Positions 36,794-44,508 of a stretch of DNA of 64,000 bases are shown one piece after another (the stretch's first letter is position 1; every line of letters begins with the position of its first letter). The stretch covers positions 106-64,105 of the IMG/VR virus record IMGVR_UViG_2974751938_000001, one strand, 5' to 3'. The position numbers were made by a program, and so were the translations under genes. A model generated the notes under the pieces. It was not told where the DNA came from. It saw only the letters and a program-made list of their open reading frames with translations, and ran no database searches. The DNA is from a virus (taxonomy: Duplodnaviria; Caudoviricetes).

Positions 36794-37417
36794 ATGGCTG
36801 CTGGCGACGTCCTGCTGAAGTTCAACAACAGCATCATCCCGCAGGAGACGTACTACTGGTGCGGACCTGCGACGATGCAAGTTCTTCTGTCGGCCAGGGG
36901 GATCGACGTCTCCGAGGCAGACATGGCCCGAGCGCTCGGCACCACCGTCAACGGCACCGACTACATCGGCTACCTCACCCGCGAGTTGAACAAGCGCGTC
37001 GGTGACGTCTACCGCACCGTCGACTTCGCGCAGGAGACCCCGTCGATCATCGAGCAGTTCCGGAAGGACCTGAAGAAGTCGGTCGACGCCGGGTTCGGCA
37101 TCGGTGCGAATATCATGGTCCCGCCGACCAACTACCCCCGCACCACTCGCGGAGAGCGTGCGGCGTACAGCGGTGGGTGGGTCTACCACTACTTCTCGGT
37201 CATGGGGTATAACCTCGGTTCCGACGAGGCCGCCGTCGCCGACAGCGGGTTCCGCGACTACTTCTACTGGATCAAGATCCCGCAGTTGGTCAGCATGATC
37301 GCCGGGAAGGGATACACCGCGGCGCGCAACGCGAAGTCGCCGGAGTTCCTCGGAGCGCTCAGCACTGACCGCCAGCGTCGCATCGCCGACGAGTTCGCAC
37401 AGCTTGGGGAGTTCTGA
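36794..37417 (+). CDS. lysA: Lysin A, peptidase C39-like domain
   Basis: QETYYWCGPA catalytic Cys; HY..VMGY; ADSG. Confidence 0.85.
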   Translation: MAAGDVLLKFNNSIIPQETYYWCGPATMQVLLSARGIDVSEADMARALGTTVNGTDYIGYLTRELNKRVGDVYRTVDFAQETPSIIEQFRKDLKKSVDAGFGIGANIMVPPTNYPRTTRGERAAYSGGWVYHYFSVMGYNLGSDEAAVADSGFRDYFYWIKIPQLVSMIAGKGYTAARNAKSPEFLGALSTDRQRRIADEFAQLGEF

Positions 37418-38430
37418 TGGATCGCGCAACGCTGAAGAAGGCGATGAGCAACGAGGTCATCTCCGACGGAGAGACGACCGCCGTCAACGAGGCCCTCGTC
37501 CGAGCCGGGTGTACCACCGTTCGCCGCGCAGCGATGTTCCTCGCGCAGATCGGTCACGAGTGCGTCGGAATGCGCTACTACAGCGAGATCTGGGGACCGT
37601 CGGCGCAACAGTTGACCTACCAGGGCCGGATGGGGAACAACAACCCCGGCGACGGCTACCGCTACCGCGGGTCCGGACCCCTTCAGATCACGGGCAAGGA
37701 CAACTTTCGCAGCCTCTCGGCCTGGGCACACGGCAAGGGATACGTCCCGACGCCGACCTACTTCGTGGACAACCCCGACCTGCTCCGATCGGAGAAGTTC
37801 GGGTTCCTCGGAGCGGTCTGGTATTGGACCGTCGCACGGCCGATGAACGACCTGGTCGATGCCGGGGACTCCGCGACGTGGAACGGCTACCGCGGGTTCG
37901 AGGCCGTCACCGCGGCGATCAACGGCGGCACCTACGGCCTCGACGACCGCAAGGCTCGATACCAGCGCTGCCTGGCGCTCGGAGAAGCGATACTACCTAC
38001 AGGATCAGGAGAGGGGTTCCTCATGGCACTCGACGACAACGCACAGAATCGACTGGACGCCGAAGCGAAGCAGCTTGGCGACTCGAAGGTTCACTGGGAC
38101 GGCGCTACCAGCGAGAAGCTGGCCGCCGACTACAACCCGAAGACGACCGGCTGGGCTCGACGCGCGATCGAGCGCGCCGCGCTGACCGCATGGCACCTGG
38201 TGCAGCGTCGGCCGTCGACCTCGCCGTACCGTGACAGCGACAACGCGATCGGCACCACCCTGGACTTCGCGCAGTGGGCCGACGGCACCGCTCACGCGAT
38301 CTTCATCGAGCAGGGAGCGATCTTCGGTGACCCGGACTCGCTGGCGCGCGTCAAGAAGGCCGCCACCGCGGGCTCGACCCGCGCGAAGGCTCTGCTCGCT
38401 TACATCGAGAAGAACGGAGGCAGCAAGTGA
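37417..38430 (+). CDS. lysA: Lysin A, GH19 glycoside hydrolase domain
   Basis: FLAQIGHE, YRGSGPLQITGKDNF, INGG..GL.DR. Confidence 0.88.
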   Translation: MDRATLKKAMSNEVISDGETTAVNEALVRAGCTTVRRAAMFLAQIGHECVGMRYYSEIWGPSAQQLTYQGRMGNNNPGDGYRYRGSGPLQITGKDNFRSLSAWAHGKGYVPTPTYFVDNPDLLRSEKFGFLGAVWYWTVARPMNDLVDAGDSATWNGYRGFEAVTAAINGGTYGLDDRKARYQRCLALGEAILPTGSGEGFLMALDDNAQNRLDAEAKQLGDSKVHWDGATSEKLAADYNPKTTGWARRAIERAALTAWHLVQRRPSTSPYRDSDNAIGTTLDFAQWADGTAHAIFIEQGAIFGDPDSLARVKKAATAGSTRAKALLAYIEKNGGSK

Positions 38431-38741
38431 CGCTCCCCAACGTCCCCCAGGTGCCCGCGAGCGACGTCGTTGACGAGCTACGCGAGCGTCTCGAAGCTCA
38501 GCCCTGGTACAAACGGTTCTCGAACACCGTGACTTCGGCCGTCGGCGTGCTGTCCATCCTGATCTGGGTGGCGGCGTCCAACGGAGTCGACCTCCCCGGC
38601 GGGGTCGAGACCGGCATCGGATCGGGGCTCGCTGTCCTGACGGTGCTCGGTGTGCTGAAGACCAAGAACGGTGTCACCCCTCGCGGCATTGCCGTCGTCG
38701 AGGAAGCGGCCCAGTATGTCGGACGACATCGAACGGAGTAA
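38427..38741 (+). CDS. Holin
   Basis: Two TM helices, KNGVTP tail; follows the endolysin. Confidence 0.75.
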   Translation: MTLPNVPQVPASDVVDELRERLEAQPWYKRFSNTVTSAVGVLSILIWVAASNGVDLPGGVETGIGSGLAVLTVLGVLKTKNGVTPRGIAVVEEAAQYVGRHRTE

Positions 38742-39255
38742 GCCAGTGCTCGATCGCCTGAAGTCTCTTCTCCCCCGCAAGGGGAACTGGACCCCGCTGA
38801 TCCCGATTCACATTCGGGCAGTGATCCTCGCACTTTGGGCGATCGAGCCGATCACACGAGGACTGGACTACATCACCGGAGACAAGCCCGGAGTGACCCA
38901 GAGCTTGTCGGCCGTCGAGGGAGCGTTCCCGCTTCAGGTGTGGGGTGCCTTCTGCCTCACCGGCGGGGTGCTCATCCTGACAGGTTTCGCGGGCCGCTGG
39001 CGCCGCGTCGCAATCACCGGACTCCACATCGCCGGAGCCACCTACTGCGCGTTGGCGATCGGCCTGACCGACACCGCTATCGGGAGGGGTGGTGACGGTT
39101 TCCGGACGCCGGTGATGTTCTTCGTCTTCGCGTTGACCTTCTGGTCCGCAGCTATTGGATACGCGGTGATTCGCCGCGACCGACTGGTGGTCATCGAGGA
39201 TGACGACCCCGACGCGAAGGCTCTCGATGGAAGTCCCACTCCCGACCACGGATAA
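38716..39255 (+). CDS. Membrane protein (4 TM), lysis cassette
   Basis: Four hydrophobic segments. Confidence 0.7.
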   Translation: MSDDIERSKPVLDRLKSLLPRKGNWTPLIPIHIRAVILALWAIEPITRGLDYITGDKPGVTQSLSAVEGAFPLQVWGAFCLTGGVLILTGFAGRWRRVAITGLHIAGATYCALAIGLTDTAIGRGGDGFRTPVMFFVFALTFWSAAIGYAVIRRDRLVVIEDDDPDAKALDGSPTPDHG

Positions 39256-39640
39256 CTTCTGGCTCACACTACTGGTATTCATTCTCTTCGGCTCCCCGGC
39301 CCTCTTCAGCAAGGGCATGGCGAAGGTGCCGGGGTTTCTCGGCGCTGGTGCCCGCTGGTGGCAGGGCCGGTCGGAGCGCAACTCGTCGGCGGCCCGCGTG
39401 GTCACCGCAGCGAACCTCGATCGGATCATCGACGAGCGGGTGAGCGAGAAGGTCGGCCATATCGAGAAGGAAGTCGACGAGCTTCGCGAGGACGTGGACG
39501 ACTACTCCGAGTACCTGACCTACGACGCCGGTTGGCATCGAGAGACCAACATCTACGCTGCTCAGATGGGGTTCGAGTTTCCACCCCCGCCGCACATGAC
39601 CTTCACCCAGTGGCGGGAGCGGAAGCGAGCCGGGGTCTGA
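39227..39640 (+). CDS. Membrane protein with coiled-coil, lysis cassette
   Basis: N-terminal TM followed by a coiled-coil. Confidence 0.7.
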   Translation: MEVPLPTTDNFWLTLLVFILFGSPALFSKGMAKVPGFLGAGARWWQGRSERNSSAARVVTAANLDRIIDERVSEKVGHIEKEVDELREDVDDYSEYLTYDAGWHRETNIYAAQMGFEFPPPPHMTFTQWRERKRAGV

Positions 39641-42175
39641 TCAGGCCAGGGTGATCCCTCGGTACCCATGCTCCGAGGACACCTTGCCTCCACGGCGAAC
39701 GGTCATCCGTTGTGACGGGTGGCCGTTCTCGTTCATCCGGGCCATGAACTCCCGCTTGCTCATCGGGTCCCGGACGTCTTCGAGCTTGCACCACTGCTTG
39801 TAGATCTCGAACAGCTTGGTCGCGGTGATCTTGCCCTTCGACTCGACGCGGATCTTCTCGGCCAGGAATGTCTGGAACGCCGAGGTCCCCGAGATGAAGG
39901 TCCGGCGCCGGGCCAGGACCTCCTTCGGCACGTTGTTGTCGAGGCCTTCCATGAGGTAGTCGATCAGGCCGTCGACCAGCCAGCAGAGCACGGCGCGCAG
40001 GGCCTCGGGGACGTTCTTGATCGGCGTCACGTCGGGACCGTTGAGCGGCACGGTCGAGTCGAAGGGGAGCACGAGCAGACGCCGCCACAGAGCCGCGTCG
40101 CCGTCGTCGATGGTCGGCATCGAGTTCGTCGCGATGATCGGGGTGAACATCGGGGTCCGCTGGACCATGACGTTCGAGTAGAGCGCACGGGCAGTGACCG
40201 AGTCACCACCGGTGAGCCTCTTGATCACGTCGGAGTGGAGCTTGTTGCGCTGGCCGACCTCGGACGCGAAGACCACCCGACGCGGGAATGCCGCGATGAT
40301 CTCGGGCATCGGACCGGCGTCGCGCTTCTGCCGGAAGAGGCCGTTCATGTCGATCGACGCGGCGTAGTCGCCGAGCGCCGCCTGGCAGGCCTCGATGATG
40401 GTCGTCTTGCCGGTCGAGGTCCCTCCCTGAAGGAAGACGATGCGGCGCTGGGGATTGCCGCCCATGAACGCGTAGCCGAGCACCTTCCGGACGTACCGGC
40501 GATAGTCGGGGTCGGGCAGGAACGTGGCGAGGTAGTTGTCCCAGAGCGCGTGAGTGAACTTCGGCTCGTAGGCGACCGGGGTGTGCTGAAGAATCAGGTC
40601 CTCGGGCTTGCCCTTCCGGCACAACTCGTCGTAGCTGTCGACCGCCCCGCGGGCTTTGACGGCGCGCAGATCGAGGACGCCGTTGCCGACTCCCCACGTG
40701 AGCGGTTCGATGTCGAAGTCCGCGGGATCGACGGGGTGCGTCGAGAACGCGTGGGCCAGGCTCATCGAGTGCTCGATCTTGGTACGGTTCCCGGCCTCGG
40801 TGGCGCGTTTCTCGTAGGCCTTGGCCTGCTTCAGCGTGTCGTCGGCCTCGGACATGCCCTGTTCCTCCTGGGCCGACCCGAGACGCCACATGCCCTCGGC
40901 AGCGGCCCGGAGGGAGGCCTGCACGGTGCGCGACCACAGCAGGCCGTAGGTCTCGGCCTTCGAGAGCTTGACCAGGCGACCGATCTCGTCGTCCCACCAG
41001 GCCCACTCGTCGGCGCCGGAGCGGATCGGACGGATCGCATCACCGAGAGCGTCGAGGAACATGTGAGCGCGGCCGGAGTCGCTGTCCTCGTACTCGGTGG
41101 CATCGACGATGGTGTTGCGGCGCTCGATCCACTGCGCGAGGGTCTTCTCCCGGAACACCGAGAGGTCGATGTCGCCGTCGGCCGCGGTGTACCCGCCGAC
41201 GGTCGAGATCCGGATGAGGTCGTTGGCGATGTCCGCGCGGAGCTTGGAGACTTCCCCGCACAGAGCGCGCCGCCACTCCAACTTTGACGTGGTCAGGTCA
41301 CGCCGGGCCTCGCTGTCCTTGGCGCCGAGCACGTCCTCGAAGAAGGCCTTCCGCACGCGGCTCAGACCGATCTTCAGCCCGTGGTGCCCCTCGGCCGCCA
41401 ACTGGACGATCTCGTGGACCCGGTTGACCATCATGTCGTGCGCGCCGCTGGACATCTCGTCTTCGAGCTTGGCGGGGTCGGTGGTTCGGTCCATCGCGCC
41501 GGACGGATCGGAGTCGTAGCCGGGGATCTCGCGTTCGAGCCACTCGAACGCCTCTTCGATGTCGTCGATCTCCTCGATCACCCGGACCTGACCGGCGTCG
41601 CCCTTGCAGAGGCCTTCGATCCAGGCCTGGGGGAGCTTCGGGAGGTCCTTCACCCGCGGGGGAGCGTCGGTCGGGTGCTCGTCGAGGTCGTACCACCGGT
41701 AGGTGCGATCGGAGACGGTCGAGGGCCATACAACGGCGTAGCGGTGGGTGCGCTGGATGATCTCGATGTCCGGGCCGGGCTTGCCCTTCCACTTCAGACC
41801 GGCGGGGACGAGGTAGAACCGGATGCCCGACGGGTTCTCCGGGTCGCGCGAGGTCGAGCGCCACGTCCGCGGGAGCGAGCCGTACTCGGCAATCAGATCG
41901 GTCAGCGTTTCGCCGCCGGTCTTGTTGTCGTACTGGTCCACGTCGAGGCCGATGACCTCGTACTTCTCGCCGTCGATCGTGACGGTCGGCATCCGGAGTC
42001 CGATGTTGGACTCGGGGATCTCCTCGGCCCAGTTCTCGATGTCGTTGGGGTCGACATATGGCTTGTTGCCGGTGGTGTCGTCAGGTGGTGGGTACTTCAT
42101 CCCCTCGGGTAGAGGTAGAGGGCTCGCCCAGCCCTGGCGAAGGTACAGACCGGCGTGGTCACCGTATGTCGTCAC
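39641..42175 (-). CDS. DNA primase-polymerase / SF3 helicase (Prim-Pol + D5-like)
   Basis: NIGL..GLDVD Prim-Pol motifs, Walker A GGTSTGKTT, C-terminal winged helix. Confidence 0.9.
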   Translation of the reverse strand: MTTYGDHAGLYLRQGWASPLPLPEGMKYPPPDDTTGNKPYVDPNDIENWAEEIPESNIGLRMPTVTIDGEKYEVIGLDVDQYDNKTGGETLTDLIAEYGSLPRTWRSTSRDPENPSGIRFYLVPAGLKWKGKPGPDIEIIQRTHRYAVVWPSTVSDRTYRWYDLDEHPTDAPPRVKDLPKLPQAWIEGLCKGDAGQVRVIEEIDDIEEAFEWLEREIPGYDSDPSGAMDRTTDPAKLEDEMSSGAHDMMVNRVHEIVQLAAEGHHGLKIGLSRVRKAFFEDVLGAKDSEARRDLTTSKLEWRRALCGEVSKLRADIANDLIRISTVGGYTAADGDIDLSVFREKTLAQWIERRNTIVDATEYEDSDSGRAHMFLDALGDAIRPIRSGADEWAWWDDEIGRLVKLSKAETYGLLWSRTVQASLRAAAEGMWRLGSAQEEQGMSEADDTLKQAKAYEKRATEAGNRTKIEHSMSLAHAFSTHPVDPADFDIEPLTWGVGNGVLDLRAVKARGAVDSYDELCRKGKPEDLILQHTPVAYEPKFTHALWDNYLATFLPDPDYRRYVRKVLGYAFMGGNPQRRIVFLQGGTSTGKTTIIEACQAALGDYAASIDMNGLFRQKRDAGPMPEIIAAFPRRVVFASEVGQRNKLHSDVIKRLTGGDSVTARALYSNVMVQRTPMFTPIIATNSMPTIDDGDAALWRRLLVLPFDSTVPLNGPDVTPIKNVPEALRAVLCWLVDGLIDYLMEGLDNNVPKEVLARRRTFISGTSAFQTFLAEKIRVESKGKITATKLFEIYKQWCKLEDVRDPMSKREFMARMNENGHPSQRMTVRRGGKVSSEHGYRGITLA

Positions 42176-42576
42176 AGCATCTCCTCGGTATCCTGCTCAT
42201 CGAGCAGGATCTCAGCCACAGAATCGAAATGGACCCCGCACCCCGGACAGAGGAACGGGTAAGTCAGGTAGTTCTTGAAGTAGCTCTCGTGAGCAGCGCA
42301 GAGCATGATCTTACTCACCAGCAGGCCGCCGACGTAGGTGTACTCGGTGAAGTCCTCGCCGTGCCGAACGAACTTCCGCGGGTCTGACCAGCAGGGGCAC
42401 AGACGCATGAAAAACATCTTTGTAGTGCGGTTTTGGCAGCCCTGGGGGTCGATCTCGGCGAGTCGAAGCTCAGACGGCAGCGGCTTCCCCGTGGTCAGCC
42501 AGAGCATCTTCTTGGTCTCGCAGATCATCCCCTTCGACTGGAAGTCGAGGCCCGCGAGAGCCTTGTCGATGTCCAC
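42172..42576 (-). CDS. Cys-rich hypothetical protein
   Basis: CPC, CAAH and CPGC motifs; GAAGGA RBS. Confidence 0.6.
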   Translation of the reverse strand: MDIDKALAGLDFQSKGMICETKKMLWLTTGKPLPSELRLAEIDPQGCQNRTTKMFFMRLCPCWSDPRKFVRHGEDFTEYTYVGGLLVSKIMLCAAHESYFKNYLTYPFLCPGCGVHFDSVAEILLDEQDTEEML

Positions 42577-42925
42577 GTGGGGTTCCTTCTGGTCGGGATC
42601 GGTTGTTGATCAACTCCCCGCCGTAGATGCCCTCGGCGAGGGGGTCGGAGCGCGCCGCCGAGAGGCAGGTGGCGCGCTCCGGACAGGCCCGGCAGACGGC
42701 CTTGGCCGCCTCGTATCGGTGTGCTCGGGCTACTGCGCTCTCGCCCTTCGCGTTCTTCTCGCCGCCCCCGTCCAACTCGGCATCCCAGAGCCAGGCGCCG
42801 ATGAACCGACCCCGTTGGGAGCACAGTGCGCGCTTCCAGTTCACCGCCTGTCGGACGGGGGAGGCGAGATTCTCGATGAGCATGTCGGCGAGTTCCTCGA
42901 CGCTCATCCTGTTCTTGCTGGTCAC
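42470..42925 (-). CDS. whiB: WhiB family transcription factor
   Basis: Four Cys (ALC, CRAC, ATC) and GIYGG; the C-terminal extension overlaps the next gene by 107 nt. Confidence 0.85.
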   Translation of the reverse strand: MTSKNRMSVEELADMLIENLASPVRQAVNWKRALCSQRGRFIGAWLWDAELDGGGEKNAKGESAVARAHRYEAAKAVCRACPERATCLSAARSDPLAEGIYGGELINNRSRPEGTPRGHRQGSRGPRLPVEGDDLRDQEDALADHGEAAAV

Positions 42926-43203
42926 TCGGGTCGCTTCACTCGATCGACGGCCGAGATGATGTTCTCTCGGACGACCTCGGGGCTGAAGTAGACCAGGATG
43001 CCCTGCATTTCGAGCCGCTCGGCCAGCAGGCGCATCATGTTCTCGTTCGAGATCCCCTGCTCGGGGTCCCAGTCGTCGTCGAGTCGCTTCACCGGGTGGA
43101 CGTTTTTGCCCACCGACAGCTTGCCCTCTTCGTAGTCGTTGGCGATCGAAGCGATCGTCGTCGACAGCCGGTCCGCGACCTCCGCGGGATCGAGCCGCTT
43201 CAC
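42922..43203 (-). CDS. Hypothetical protein
   Basis: GTGA coupling on both sides. Confidence 0.6.
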   Translation of the reverse strand: MKRLDPAEVADRLSTTIASIANDYEEGKLSVGKNVHPVKRLDDDWDPEQGISNENMMRLLAERLEMQGILVYFSPEVVRENIISAVDRVKRPE

Positions 43204-43676
43204 GCGAGCTTCCCAGCGTGTTCGAGCGAGCGGATCGACTCGCGGTAGTAGCGGATCTTCTTGCCTCCGAGCGGCCGGACGCCGATGATCTTGCCCTCGC
43301 GCTCCCACCGGCGCAGCGTCGGCCGGGAGACACCCATGCGGTACGCGACGGAGTCGGCGTCCTCGGTCTCCTCGATGGTCTCGCGCAGATCGCGGGCAGC
43401 CTTCATCGCCTCGTCGGCATCTTCCGAGCCCCAGAACGGGCTGGCCGGAGAGATCCGTCGCAGACTGGCGACGATCTCCTCGTGGTTGTCGAGGATCGAC
43501 GCGAGCCAATACTGACGGAAAGAGTTGCCCTTCTTCGCCTCGCGCAGACCGTCCACCTTGTACTGGGTCACCGCGCGCCGGAGGATATGTTCGGGGATTC
43601 CGAGCAGCTTGGAGGTCTGCTCCAAGCTCACGAGTCCCTTTTCCTTCGATGCCATTCTATTCCCTTCAGTGTTCAT
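43200..43676 (-). CDS. Tandem MerR/Xis-like helix-turn-helix DNA-binding protein
   Basis: SLEQTSKLLGIPEHILRR and DSVAYRMGVSRPTLRRWEREGKI..IRY. Alternative start at 43655. Confidence 0.8.
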   Translation of the reverse strand: MNTEGNRMASKEKGLVSLEQTSKLLGIPEHILRRAVTQYKVDGLREAKKGNSFRQYWLASILDNHEEIVASLRRISPASPFWGSEDADEAMKAARDLRETIEETEDADSVAYRMGVSRPTLRRWEREGKIIGVRPLGGKKIRYYRESIRSLEHAGKLA

Positions 43677-44419
43677 GTTGACTCCAACCCTAGCATACCC
43701 CGGCGGTTTGCCTCGGCCAAGATCGGCCATGCGGCGAAGATCTTGGAGCGCTGCTCGCGGGTCTTGCGGACGAACAAAATCGCATGTCGATCGGCATCGC
43801 GAGCGTGCCGGGAGCCGGGGGTCCAGAACCCCCATTGCTTCAGCCGGTCGTCGGTGCAGGTGGTCTTCGCCTCCGACGGCTGCTGCTTGTACGTCGTGAC
43901 GTCCTTGCCCTCCCAGAGCAACTGTTGAAGCGCCGCGGTGATCCGGACCGGCGACAGTGCGTCGCGGGCCTGGGTCTGGGTGCGCAAGATGAAGTCCTCG
44001 ATCACGACCGCGGACCGCGGGATGCCGCCGCCGAGATGGATCAGACGCTCGCAGAGGAACACTCCGGCCGCCTCGCCAGTCTCGGACTCACCGAGGTCGT
44101 ACCCCTGCGCCAGCGCCGACGAGCCCGCGTTGCCGGACATGGCACCGCAGTCGATCTCGCCGTGCCACCACTGGGTGATCATCTCGTGCGGCCGAGTCTT
44201 CTTGTCGAACAGACGTTCGATGTCCAGGCGCATGATCGACCAACCGGTCGTACCGCCGGGGTCGAAGGCGACCACGCTCACCCCGCGGGAGAGGAGGGCC
44301 TTCAGCCTGTCGTCGGAGAGCGCGGCAACCCGATCCACCAGCGGGTCCGGGTACTCGGGGTTCTCGCCGAAGGCCTGCTTGCGATCGAGCCAGGTCTTCG
44401 GGGTGTCGCGTGCCTTCAC
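43673..44419 (-). CDS. ruvC: RuvC-like Holliday junction resolvase
   Basis: VAFDPGGTTGWS, VIEDF and HARDA motifs. Confidence 0.85.
   Translation of the reverse strand: MKARDTPKTWLDRKQAFGENPEYPDPLVDRVAALSDDRLKALLSRGVSVVAFDPGGTTGWSIMRLDIERLFDKKTRPHEMITQWWHGEIDCGAMSGNAGSSALAQGYDLGESETGEAAGVFLCERLIHLGGGIPRSAVVIEDFILRTQTQARDALSPVRITAALQQLLWEGKDVTTYKQQPSEAKTTCTDDRLKQWGFWTPGSRHARDADRHAILFVRKTREQRSKIFAAWPILAEANRRGMLGLEST
44205..44220. promoter_or_regulatory. Perfect actinobacterial LexA/SOS-box match inside ruvC
   Basis: TCGAAC-AGAC-GTTCGA. Confidence 0.35.
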
Positions 44420-44508
44420 AGCCGGGTACTCCTGTCGATGATGCCTCCGCAGAGGACGATGATGCCGACGTAGATCCATAGTTCGGCGAGGTCGAGGAGG
44501 GTCTTCAC
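44416..44508 (-). CDS. 30 aa membrane peptide
   Basis: VKTLLDLAELWIYVGIIVLCGGIIDRSTRL; GTGA coupling at both ends. Confidence 0.5.
   Translation of the reverse strand: MKTLLDLAELWIYVGIIVLCGGIIDRSTRL

Noticed and set aside
42470-42576. WhiB C-terminal extension overlapping the next gene as a dual-coding region
   Set aside because: The extension lacks motifs and is probably a drifted stop codon.
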